From Verrucomicrobiales bacterium (GTDB lineage: Bacteria > Verrucomicrobiota > Verrucomicrobiia > Limisphaerales > JAYPEY01): DNA of 64,000 nucleotides. The first letter of the stretch is position 1. Each line of letters starts with the position of its first letter. The DNA lies in the NCBI GenBank assembly GCA_038126035.1, contig JAYPEY010000007.1:38084-102083 (forward strand). Reading direction: 5' to 3'. Positions 56,600 to 64,000 of this stretch are shown here, piece after piece. The notes under the pieces are model-generated. The model searched no databases and was not told the origin of the DNA. It saw nothing but the letters and a program-made list of their open reading frames with translations. The position numbers were made by a program, and so were the translations under genes.

Positions 56600-56703
56600 G
56601 GAGCGCGGAATTCATTCCGCAGCAACCTCCGAACGTCCGAGGCGCCCAGCATGATCTGGGCTCAGGAACCGTCAGCGCTGAAGCGGAATGAATTCCGCGC
56701 TCC
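56600..56703. repeat. inverted doublet of a REP variant (GGAGCGCGGAATTCATTCCGC ... GCGGAATGAATTCCGCGCTCC)
   Basis: Perfect 21-nt inverted arms at 56600-56620 and 56683-56703, each itself a GGAAT/ATTCC hairpin, with a 62-nt spacer. Confidence 0.85.
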
Positions 56704-56728
56704 GGAAAGGCGGGCGCCTTCGTCCGCC

Positions 56729-58132
56729 ATGCTTCCACGACTGGCGGCAAACACGGCAAACCGGCCGCACAAGATACCCACCGGGCCGCCGCGGGAAGAC
56801 GCGACACTTTACCGGAAGCTGGCGATCCCCAAGGAATTCCTGATCACGAGGAAGGGCCACACCTTCGGCGGCGATCTCCGCATCGGCGATCTGAACGGCG
56901 ACGGGCGATGCGACTTCCTGGTTTACCGCTGCAATCACGGCGCGCCCAGGGGAGCCCATATGGGCGGCATGAAACCCGCGTTTCTCGGCGCCTTCGACCT
57001 GGATGGCAGGGTTCTCTGGTCGGCGGGCGGCGGCGGCAATCATCCGTCGCGCCCGATGTCCGTCGCGGTGAAGGACTGGACCGGCGACGGCGCGGACGAT
57101 GTCATCTGCTTCTGGCACAAGCCGCAGCAGGGACTAAAGACGGACTGGCAGTCGCTGGCCGACGTGGCCGTGCAACTGCGGGACGGGCGGACAGGAGAGC
57201 TCCTTCGCGAAGCGGCGCCCGACGCCATCACCGGACGCCGCCGCAAGGATCCGGTCGGCGCGAACTGGGTGCACCAACGGCTGTTGATCGCCAACTTCCG
57301 AGGCCTGCCGGAGCCGCGCGACATTGCGGTCAAACTGGGCGACACCTATGTCGCGCTGGACGAGCATATCAACGTCCTCTGGACCTACAAGACCGAGTGG
57401 GTGAAATACAGCCAATGCCCCGCCTACATTCCCGCGGTCGGCGACATCGACGGCGACGGCCGCGACGAGTTGCTGACCGGCTACCACCTGCTGGACGACG
57501 ACGGCTCAATCCTGTGGAAACACAAGCTCGGCGCAAACATGGATTCCGTTACCATCGATCGCTGGAACGGAGAAACGCGCGCCATCTGCTCGGGCTTCGG
57601 TCATGTGCTGACGACGGACGGCAAGGTCGTCCTGTCCCTCGGCAAAACGCTCGCGCCCCACGGACAGGAGGTTCGCATTGCGGACTTTGATCGGGGGCAT
57701 CCGGGAAACGAAATGGCGCTGCGGGCCTTCGGTCACACGCCCACAATTCACGTGGTCAGCAGCGCGTCGAACAAGATCATCCGGACCATCGAACTCCAGT
57801 TTTCCCCGACCAATGTCGGCATGGAGCCGGTGTGGTGGAACGGACGGAACAAGCCCGCGCTGCTGTTCAACGGCGGTTGGTTGTGGGATCTGGAACAAGG
57901 CAGGGGCTGGACGCTTCCCGGTTTGCCGCCGCCCAATGGAGGGGACGTTCATCGCATGGCGTTTCATCATGTCATTCCCGCGGACTTGTGCGGTGACGAC
58001 CGCGAGGAACTGGTCGTCTGGGATCCGACGGCGGCGCACGTGTTCATCTACACACAGAGGGGCGCGGATGAATCCGTCATCCCGGATTACCACCATGGCC
58101 CGCGGCAGTACAATCCGCGGTTGATGGATTAG
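56729..58132 (+). CDS. FG-GAP/VCBS-repeat beta-propeller protein (rhamnogalacturonan-lyase-like)
   Basis: Repeated calcium-loop motifs DLNGDGRCDFLV, DWTGDGADDVICF, GDIDGDGRDELLTG and CGDDREELVVWD. The start is uncertain: ATG 56729 is chosen because upstream ORF sequence is made of repeat elements. ATG 56516 is the alternative. Confidence 0.65.
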   Translation: MLPRLAANTANRPHKIPTGPPREDATLYRKLAIPKEFLITRKGHTFGGDLRIGDLNGDGRCDFLVYRCNHGAPRGAHMGGMKPAFLGAFDLDGRVLWSAGGGGNHPSRPMSVAVKDWTGDGADDVICFWHKPQQGLKTDWQSLADVAVQLRDGRTGELLREAAPDAITGRRRKDPVGANWVHQRLLIANFRGLPEPRDIAVKLGDTYVALDEHINVLWTYKTEWVKYSQCPAYIPAVGDIDGDGRDELLTGYHLLDDDGSILWKHKLGANMDSVTIDRWNGETRAICSGFGHVLTTDGKVVLSLGKTLAPHGQEVRIADFDRGHPGNEMALRAFGHTPTIHVVSSASNKIIRTIELQFSPTNVGMEPVWWNGRNKPALLFNGGWLWDLEQGRGWTLPGLPPPNGGDVHRMAFHHVIPADLCGDDREELVVWDPTAAHVFIYTQRGADESVIPDYHHGPRQYNPRLMD

Positions 58133-58210
58133 TTGGGTGGGCAGGCGGATGCCTGCGGTGGGGTGAAGGATTTGCTTGCTCCCGGGCCGGCTTACAGGTC
58201 CTCTTGGTTG

Positions 58211-58903
58211 ATGAAGAACACGTTGATCCGCCTGGCGGTGCTTTGCTTCTCCGTTGTTTCAGTCCTGGCTGCGGAGGACGTTCCCGGACCTTTGGCCCAA
58301 AAGGGCGACCTGCTTTTCTCCGACGACTTCGAGCGGACCGGCCTGGGGAAATGGAAGGTCATCATCCCGGGCTTCCAGGTTGCCGACGGCGCCTTGGTCG
58401 CGACGCAGGACCGCGCCGATCACGGCTCGGTCGGGCGCGTCTATCTCCCGATGAAAGACGTGATCCTGTCGTTCCGCTTCAAGCTGGACGGCTCTCCGCG
58501 GTTCAATGTGGTGTTCGACGACAAGAATCACAAGGACTCCCATGCCGGGCATATCTGCAGGGTCGCTTTTGCCGGGAAGCAGATTCGCCTGGGCGACGAC
58601 AAGGAGGGCATCATGCGGAACGATATCTTCGCGATGCGCCGCGACCCCAAGCGCAAGGCGGCGGCGGACAAACTGCTCAAGGGACGAGGGTCGAACGTGA
58701 AGGCGGATCTCAAGCAGGGACGCTGGTATTCGGCGACCATTGAGATCGTCGGCGACCAGATGCGCGTGAGCCTCGACGGGAAGGCGATCGGCTGGTTGAA
58801 ATCGCCGGGGCTGGCCCATCCAACCAAGGAAAGCGTCCACTTCACGGTGAATGGGAAACGGACGCTGTTTGACGACGTGAAGATCTGGCGGGCGCGGAAG
58901 TAG
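58211..58903 (+). CDS. DUF1080 (3-keto-disaccharide hydrolase family, LamG-like) secreted protein
   Basis: ATG 58211: signal MKNTLIRLAVLCFSVVSVLA, then LFSDDFERTGLGKWKVI...VHFTVNGKRTLFDDVKIWRA, typical of DUF1080. Confidence 0.75.
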   Translation: MKNTLIRLAVLCFSVVSVLAAEDVPGPLAQKGDLLFSDDFERTGLGKWKVIIPGFQVADGALVATQDRADHGSVGRVYLPMKDVILSFRFKLDGSPRFNVVFDDKNHKDSHAGHICRVAFAGKQIRLGDDKEGIMRNDIFAMRRDPKRKAAADKLLKGRGSNVKADLKQGRWYSATIEIVGDQMRVSLDGKAIGWLKSPGLAHPTKESVHFTVNGKRTLFDDVKIWRARK

Positions 58904-58949
58904 GACCCTGGTCGGGGACGCCGGCCGTCACGATTCCAGACGGGGGAGA

Positions 58950-60167
58950 ATGTTCACGAATCTCGAAATCCCGGCGGGACGGCGGCCGCTTTCCGGAGGC
59001 GAACAGGCGGGCGTCGCCTTCCTGTGCCTCGTGTTCACGGGCTTCATGGCGGCGGCCCTGCTGGAGGACTACGAACCCAGGAAGCTCGGCCCGATCTTCT
59101 TCATCCTGTTCTGGGCGCCTCTGCTGGTCCTGCATGAAGTGGGGCACGCCGTTGCCGCCTGGCTGGTCGGTTGGCGCGTGCGGAAGATTGTCATCGGCGT
59201 CGGACCGAAGCTCTGGCGCCGACGCGTCGGGGAGACCGATGTGACCGTCAACCTGGCTCCCATCTCGGGTTTCATCATCCCGGGGCCCACATCCCGGAGC
59301 GGCTACCGGGCCAAAAGCGCGTTTGTCTACGCAGCCGGCCCCGGGTCCGAGTTCCTCCTTCTGGGCGGATTGCTGGCCTGCTTCGGATTCGATGGCGTAT
59401 TCAATCCTTCAAGCGACATTCCCGGGATCGCGTTGAAATCGCTCGCCTGGGCGATTCTCATCGGCGGCGGCTTCAACCTGCTTCCCCTGGTCATCAACGG
59501 CAGCGTGACAGACGGGCTCGGCATCTGCCTGAGCCCTTTCCTGAAGGACAGGCAGATCGAGGCGCATCTGGTCGGCTGGGATTGTGAGCGGATCGATCGT
59601 TTGCTGGACGCCGGCCGGATCGACGAAGCGGGATCGCTCTGTCGCGAGATGATGGCGCGGCATCCCGACAATCCCAGGCTCCTGCTACAGGACGCGCAAT
59701 TGATCGCCGAGACGGAAGGCCCCGACGCCGCCGGGCGGCGGATTGAAGACCTCGCCTCACAAAAGGAACCGGCCCACGCGCAGGACGTCCACTGGTTGGC
59801 GGAACTGTGGCTGACCCGCGCGCAACTCGAACTCCGCTGCGAGGAACCTAGCTCACTCGTCATCGACCGGGCCCTCCACAAGGCCGAGGAGCATGGCGTC
59901 CCGCCCCTGGATTGGATGATCGTAAAGGGCGCGGGAATGATCGCCCGGGGACTGTTCGAATCGGGCGGGGAATTGTTGGTGAAGGCCTTTCGCGGCATGG
60001 GCGAAGGCGATCCCCGCGCGGATGGAACCATCTTTGCCTGGCTGGCGATCGCCGCCGGTCAGGCGGGAGAGGCGGCCGCGGCGGAACGATATCGTCGCGC
60101 CATGGAACTCGGACAGGCCCCAAGGTGGTTGAAGGAGAAGGTGGAAAGCGAACTGAACCGCTCGTAA
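58950..60167 (+). CDS. M50/site-2-protease-like membrane metalloprotease with C-terminal helical (TPR-like) domain
   Basis: GGGGGAGA SD-like sequence before ATG 58950. HEVGH (HExxH) lies in a TM segment, and NLLPLVINGSVTDG resembles the NxxPxxxxDG motif. Four or more hydrophobic segments. Confidence 0.65.
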   Translation: MFTNLEIPAGRRPLSGGEQAGVAFLCLVFTGFMAAALLEDYEPRKLGPIFFILFWAPLLVLHEVGHAVAAWLVGWRVRKIVIGVGPKLWRRRVGETDVTVNLAPISGFIIPGPTSRSGYRAKSAFVYAAGPGSEFLLLGGLLACFGFDGVFNPSSDIPGIALKSLAWAILIGGGFNLLPLVINGSVTDGLGICLSPFLKDRQIEAHLVGWDCERIDRLLDAGRIDEAGSLCREMMARHPDNPRLLLQDAQLIAETEGPDAAGRRIEDLASQKEPAHAQDVHWLAELWLTRAQLELRCEEPSSLVIDRALHKAEEHGVPPLDWMIVKGAGMIARGLFESGGELLVKAFRGMGEGDPRADGTIFAWLAIAAGQAGEAAAAERYRRAMELGQAPRWLKEKVESELNRS

Positions 60168-60171
60168 CCGC

Positions 60172-60296
60172 GACCCCGTAGCCGAGACCTTCAGGTCGCG
60201 CACCGAGCGCGTTGCGCGAGAAGTGGGAACCTTCGAATGCCCACCTCTCGTCCGGTCGGACTCGAATCGCAACCTGAAGGTTGCGGCCACGGGGTC
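60172..60296. repeat. 29-nt-arm inverted repeat between convergent genes
   Basis: GACCCCGTAGCCGAGACCTTCAGGTCGCG (60172-60200) versus CGCAACCTGAAGGTTGCGGCCACGGGGTC (60268-60296), reverse complements with about 4 mismatches. Each arm contains its own small hairpin. Confidence 0.75.
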
Positions 60297-60312
60297 CCGC
60301 ACGAGAATTCGT

Positions 60313-61152
60313 TCACGGGGTCGCGCACGGCACAAACGGAAACAATCGCCGGCGTTCCTCCTCCGTCAGGGGGGAGGCGTATTCGCTGATTTCGTAGATC
60401 TCAGCGAAGCGGATCTGCGCGCCGCGCTCAGGACCGTAGGTTTCGATCAACCGCTCACGATAACGCTCCGTGTTGCTTCCCGCGCGCTTCTCGTAGAGCC
60501 CCCTCGCCCAGGCGACGCGTTCCTGCTTTCCTTCCGGGACCTCCTCTTCGATCCGCCAGTTGTAGGGCAGCCACTCGAAGAGCTGCGACTCATGGCACGC
60601 CAGCATGCGCGCGATGGTCCCGACCTTGTCGGTGATATCGACAACGACATCACAGCGCAGTTCTGTGGGACGGGTGAATTCGTCCCAGACGTAGGCGACG
60701 ACAGGATCCTTCCGCAGGTGCGGCGTGTCCGGGCAGACGCGCGGCACGGTCACCATGTAGGAGGCGTCGCGCACGGTCTCGCCGAGCGCGCGGTGATCGG
60801 GGTGGTAGTCCTCGGGACGATGCGTGAGCACGAGGTCCGGCTGAAACCGGCGGATCTCGCGGATGACCTGGGAGCGGAATTCGAGGGTGGGTTGCAGTTC
60901 GCCGTCGGGATTGTCCCAGACCTCGCACTCGGAGCCGATGACCGCGCAGGCCGCCTCGGCTTCGAGTCTCCGGCGCGCGACGACTTCCTCGCGGGACTGG
61001 ATGTGATGTCCGGCGCCGCCGTCGGTCACCGCCACAATGCGCACGGTGTGCCCCAGCTCGCGGTAAATCGATGCAAGCCCGCCCGCCCGCACTTCGGCGT
61101 CGTCCGGATGCGCAACCAGGACGAGGACACGGAGAGTGGAGTCAGCGGTCAT
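60313..61152 (-). CDS. PIG-L/LmbE family N-acetylglucosaminyl deacetylase
   Basis: VLVLVAHPDDAEVRAGG and EDYHPDHRALG match the PIG-L zinc-binding motifs. Confidence 0.85.
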   Translation of the reverse strand: MTADSTLRVLVLVAHPDDAEVRAGGLASIYRELGHTVRIVAVTDGGAGHHIQSREEVVARRRLEAEAACAVIGSECEVWDNPDGELQPTLEFRSQVIREIRRFQPDLVLTHRPEDYHPDHRALGETVRDASYMVTVPRVCPDTPHLRKDPVVAYVWDEFTRPTELRCDVVVDITDKVGTIARMLACHESQLFEWLPYNWRIEEEVPEGKQERVAWARGLYEKRAGSNTERYRERLIETYGPERGAQIRFAEIYEISEYASPLTEEERRRLFPFVPCATP

Positions 61153-61241
61153 GAATGCTTCCGGTTCGATCGATTGTCAGGGAAGGTCCGTTCCAAGCTC
61201 CCGCGTCGCGGAGCGCCCGGTCCTTGCTCTTTCGTGGTTCT

Positions 61242-62051
61242 TCAATCCGCGGCGAGCGCCTCGCGCAGAAACGCCGGACGGTCCGTGGTGATGGAGTCGA
61301 AGCCAAGCGCGCGAAATCGACGCGCGATCTTGGGGTCGTTCACCGTCCAGCAATGCAGTTCCATGCCCTCGGCGCGAAGGCGTTTGACGAAGGCCTCATT
61401 CACCACCCGCGTATCGGCCTTGCAGTCGAGACCGTCCGCCTTGACGCGTTTCAAGGTCCCAAGGATGGAATCCACCGAAGGCGTCCAGCCCCCGGAGTCC
61501 TTGTCCTGCTTGAAGCTGGTCAGCCAGCAGGCCTTGACGCCGGGCATGGCCCGCTTGGCGGCGGCGATGACCTCGGCGTCGAAGGCGATGATCACGATCT
61601 GCCCGCGCTTCAGTTTCGACCCGGCGATCTCCTGCTTCAACCCGGGGATGATCTCAGGCCCGCATTTGATCTCGATGAAGATGCGTTTGCCGTCGGGCAC
61701 GGCGGCCAGGGCTTCCGCGAAGGTGGGAATGGGTTCGCCCTTCCATTTGGCGTCCTTCCAGGCGCCATATTCGAGTTGGCGGAGTTCCTTCAGCGTGGCT
61801 TCCGTCACCTTCAACTCCCGCCCCCCGGTGCGCTTGGCGGTCTTGTCATGGATGCAGACAATCCGTCCGTCCTTGGAGAGCATGAAGTCGCCCTCAACCG
61901 CGTCGGCGCCCTTCTCCCACGCAAGACGAAAGGCGGCGAGGGTGTTCTCCGGCGCGTCGTAAGAGGCGCCGCGATGGGCGACAATCGTCTGGGCGGATGC
62001 GGTCAATGTCATGGCAAGGAGAATGGCAAGAGCGGAAGCCGCTCGTAACAT
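61242..62051 (-). CDS. glycerophosphodiester phosphodiesterase family protein
   Basis: ATG 62051: signal MLRAASALAILLAMTLTASA, then IVAHRGASYDAPENTLAAF...EGDFMLSKDGRIVCIHD (GDPD catalytic pattern). Confidence 0.85.
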   Translation of the reverse strand: MLRAASALAILLAMTLTASAQTIVAHRGASYDAPENTLAAFRLAWEKGADAVEGDFMLSKDGRIVCIHDKTAKRTGGRELKVTEATLKELRQLEYGAWKDAKWKGEPIPTFAEALAAVPDGKRIFIEIKCGPEIIPGLKQEIAGSKLKRGQIVIIAFDAEVIAAAKRAMPGVKACWLTSFKQDKDSGGWTPSVDSILGTLKRVKADGLDCKADTRVVNEAFVKRLRAEGMELHCWTVNDPKIARRFRALGFDSITTDRPAFLREALAAD

Positions 62052-62300
62052 TGGAGCGCCGAGGAAAAGACAAGGGAATGAAGACATGGGAATGGATGAA
62101 CTGGATTCCTTTGTCTCTATTCCCATGTCATCCGGTTCCGGAGCGCCGAGCATTGCCCGGCCCGGGCTTGGATCGGCAGCCGATGCCGAGCCATGCCCGG
62201 CGCACCAACGGCGTGATTGGGGTGAATGGGAAGTCCGGGATGTTTCGAAAACGTTCATGTCGTCGTTTGATGGTCCTTCGTCGTTTCTTCGTTCGTCGCT

Positions 62301-63332
62301 TCAGAACTTTCCGTCTCTTGACTCAAACTTGGTGGGTTTGCCCAGGTTTTCCCCGCCGCGGCGGACCCAGTCGCCAATCCAGTTCATCAGCGTATCGACT
62401 TCGACGCGCGGCCTGCCAAACAACTTCAACGCCTGGGAGCTGTCGCTCAGCAGGGCTGTGGCATTCTCCTCGCCGGAGAGTTTCACGTCGCGTTCCATCA
62501 ACCTGCCGAAAGCCAACGCGGTGTCCCTGATGGACAGTCGTTCCGGGCCGGTGATGTTGATGAACCAGGGCGGATTGGACGCCTGGTCGAAGGCCTGGAT
62601 CGTCATGGCATTGGCGTCGCCCTGCCAGATGATGTTGAAGAAGCCCATCGAGACATCGATCGACTCGCCGTTCCAGACCTTCCGCGCGATATCGACGAGG
62701 ACGCCATAGCGCGGCTCGCAGGCATAGTTGAGACGGATGATGGCAACGGGAATATCCAGCGTCCGGCTGAAGTGTTCGAACATCCGCTCACGGCCCAGGC
62801 AGCTCATCGCATACTCCCCGACCGGATCCGGCTTGTCGGTCTCGACTGAACCGCCGCCATCGATGGAAGTCAGGCCGTAAACATTACCTGTGGAGAAGGC
62901 GACGATGCGGCTGTCGCGATACCGCCTGCAGGCGATCGAGGGGAGGTGCGCGTTCATCGCCCAGGTCAGCGATTCGGCGCCCGTCGCGCCGAACTTCATG
63001 GCCGGCATGTAGACCACATTGGGCGCGTCGGGTAGTTTGGCGACCTGATCCTCTTCCAGAAGGTCACAACGGATGGTCTCAATGCCGCAGGTCTGCAGGC
63101 GACCTTCCATGTCGCCGGAGGAGAAACGGGAAACGCCGATGACGCGCCGTTCGACCCCGGCCGCCTCGGAGCCGCGCTTGATCATCCGCGCCAGGGTCGG
63201 CCCCATCTTGCCGGCGACGCCGAGCACAACGACGTCGCCTTCGAGCCGGCCGCAGGTCTCGATCACGCCCGGCGTGGGTTCGCTCAGGAGGTCCTCGAGC
63301 TGACCGATCGTCTGGATGGTCTCCGGGTTCAT
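62301..63332 (-). CDS. NAD-dependent epimerase/dehydratase family protein
   Basis: Rossmann motif [17 protein letters not shown], 343 aa. The start ATG overlaps the ferredoxin stop as ATGA (63329-63332). Confidence 0.75.
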   Translation of the reverse strand: MNPETIQTIGQLEDLLSEPTPGVIETCGRLEGDVVVLGVAGKMGPTLARMIKRGSEAAGVERRVIGVSRFSSGDMEGRLQTCGIETIRCDLLEEDQVAKLPDAPNVVYMPAMKFGATGAESLTWAMNAHLPSIACRRYRDSRIVAFSTGNVYGLTSIDGGGSVETDKPDPVGEYAMSCLGRERMFEHFSRTLDIPVAIIRLNYACEPRYGVLVDIARKVWNGESIDVSMGFFNIIWQGDANAMTIQAFDQASNPPWFINITGPERLSIRDTALAFGRLMERDVKLSGEENATALLSDSSQALKLFGRPRVEVDTLMNWIGDWVRRGGENLGKPTKFESRDGKF

Positions 63333-63691
63333 CTCAGATCGTTGCTTGCGAACATGAGTTCTTTCACGGGTTGGCCGCCGATCAGGTGCTCCTGGATGAT
63401 CCGCTCAAGGACTTCGGGCGTGCAGTTGCGATACCAGGCCCCTTCGGGATAAACGACCGCCACCGGGCCGTCGCAGCAGACCTGGAGACAGTTGGCCTTG
63501 GTGCGGAAGGTCAGGGCCTCCGGGCCCACCAGCTTCAGCTCCGCCAGCCGACGCTTCAGGTAATTCCAGGATTCCAGGCCGTCCGCCTTCGCGCAGCACT
63601 TCGGCTTGGTCTGGTCGGCGCACAGGAAGATGTGGCGTTTGAATCTCTCAACGCCGAACGCCTCAACCGCAATTTTCAGTTCTTCGGACAT
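63329..63691 (-). CDS. thioredoxin-like [2Fe-2S] ferredoxin domain protein
   Basis: [14 protein letters not shown] ... [21 protein letters not shown], the Cys spacing and GP.V.V.P.G.WY pattern of the TRX-like ferredoxin family. Confidence 0.7.
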   Translation of the reverse strand: MSEELKIAVEAFGVERFKRHIFLCADQTKPKCCAKADGLESWNYLKRRLAELKLVGPEALTFRTKANCLQVCCDGPVAVVYPEGAWYRNCTPEVLERIIQEHLIGGQPVKELMFASNDLR

Positions 63692-63823
63692 GACGAATGG
63701 AACGAGGCGGGGAGATTAGAACCCATCTCCCAAATACCCAAGCCCCGCGTTGGCCCCATTTTCCTGCTTTTCAATTAGCTCCCGCGGGCGAACTATGGTT
63801 GGATCAATGGCGATTGGCGACCT

Positions 63824-64000
63824 ATGAGAACGTTACTTGCGCCCCAACTCAAACGAACGGCCTGGTCGGCTCTCCTGTGCCTTGGGGTCGGCGCGGCGAC
63901 CGCCGAGCCGGACGGTCTTGAATTCTTTGAGAAAGAGATCCGCCCCCTGCTGGCCGCACATTGCTACGAATGCCACTCGGCCGAGGCGAAGAGCCTCAAG
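63824..64000 (+). CDS. PSCyt1 (planctomycete cytochrome c) domain protein, DUF1549/DUF1553-type, 3'-truncated by window edge
   Basis: ATG 63824: MRTLLAPQLKRTAWSALLCLGVGAATAEPDGLEFFEKEIRPLLAAHCYECHSAEAKSLK. The FFE..IRP.L...C..CH motif is the PSCyt1 signature. Confidence 0.8.
   Translation, partial: MRTLLAPQLKRTAWSALLCLGVGAATAEPDGLEFFEKEIRPLLAAHCYECHSAEAKSLK

Overview
This is a high-GC chromosomal segment whose gene content fits a PVC-superphylum bacterium (Verrucomicrobiota/Planctomycetota-like). Typical markers are PSCyt/CxxCH 'membrane-bound dehydrogenase' proteins, many Sec/TAT-exported sulfatases, DUF1080, Gfo/Idh/MocA and xylose-isomerase-like TIM-barrel proteins. I call 45 protein-coding loci, 3 of them disrupted, and see no rRNA, tRNA or CRISPR. 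The genes fall into these groups: (1) a sulfated-glycan and phospho-ester scavenging set: 4 sulfatases, PhoD, 3 neutral-ceramidase-like paralogues, a BNR sialidase-like protein, an FG-GAP propeller and GDPD; (2) two sensory modules: a GAF histidine kinase with a REC-only regulator, and a hybrid kinase; (3) FecR plus a CHASE2 nucleotide cyclase, and an O-antigen-ligase/TPR protein; (4) the conserved yceD-rpmF-plsX-fabH cluster, followed by a PilZ-like gene and pilT. The unusual signals are mostly non-coding or mobile. A GTAG-headed REP hairpin family forms ~133-nt inverted doublets (REPIN-like) at four sites, two of which bracket a frameshifted RAYT (IS200-like Y1 transposase) gene. Two further intergenic repeat families are present. 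A 147-nt run of 21 in-register heptanucleotide repeats, including a G-quadruplex-type block, lies between the cyclase and yceD. A low-GC islet carries a Toprim-less GyrB-like GHKL ATPase interrupted by TAG, and one sulfatase is interrupted by an amber codon. I do not see a convincing multi-gene defence or secretion system and have not forced one. All family assignments rest on motifs read by eye and need database confirmation.
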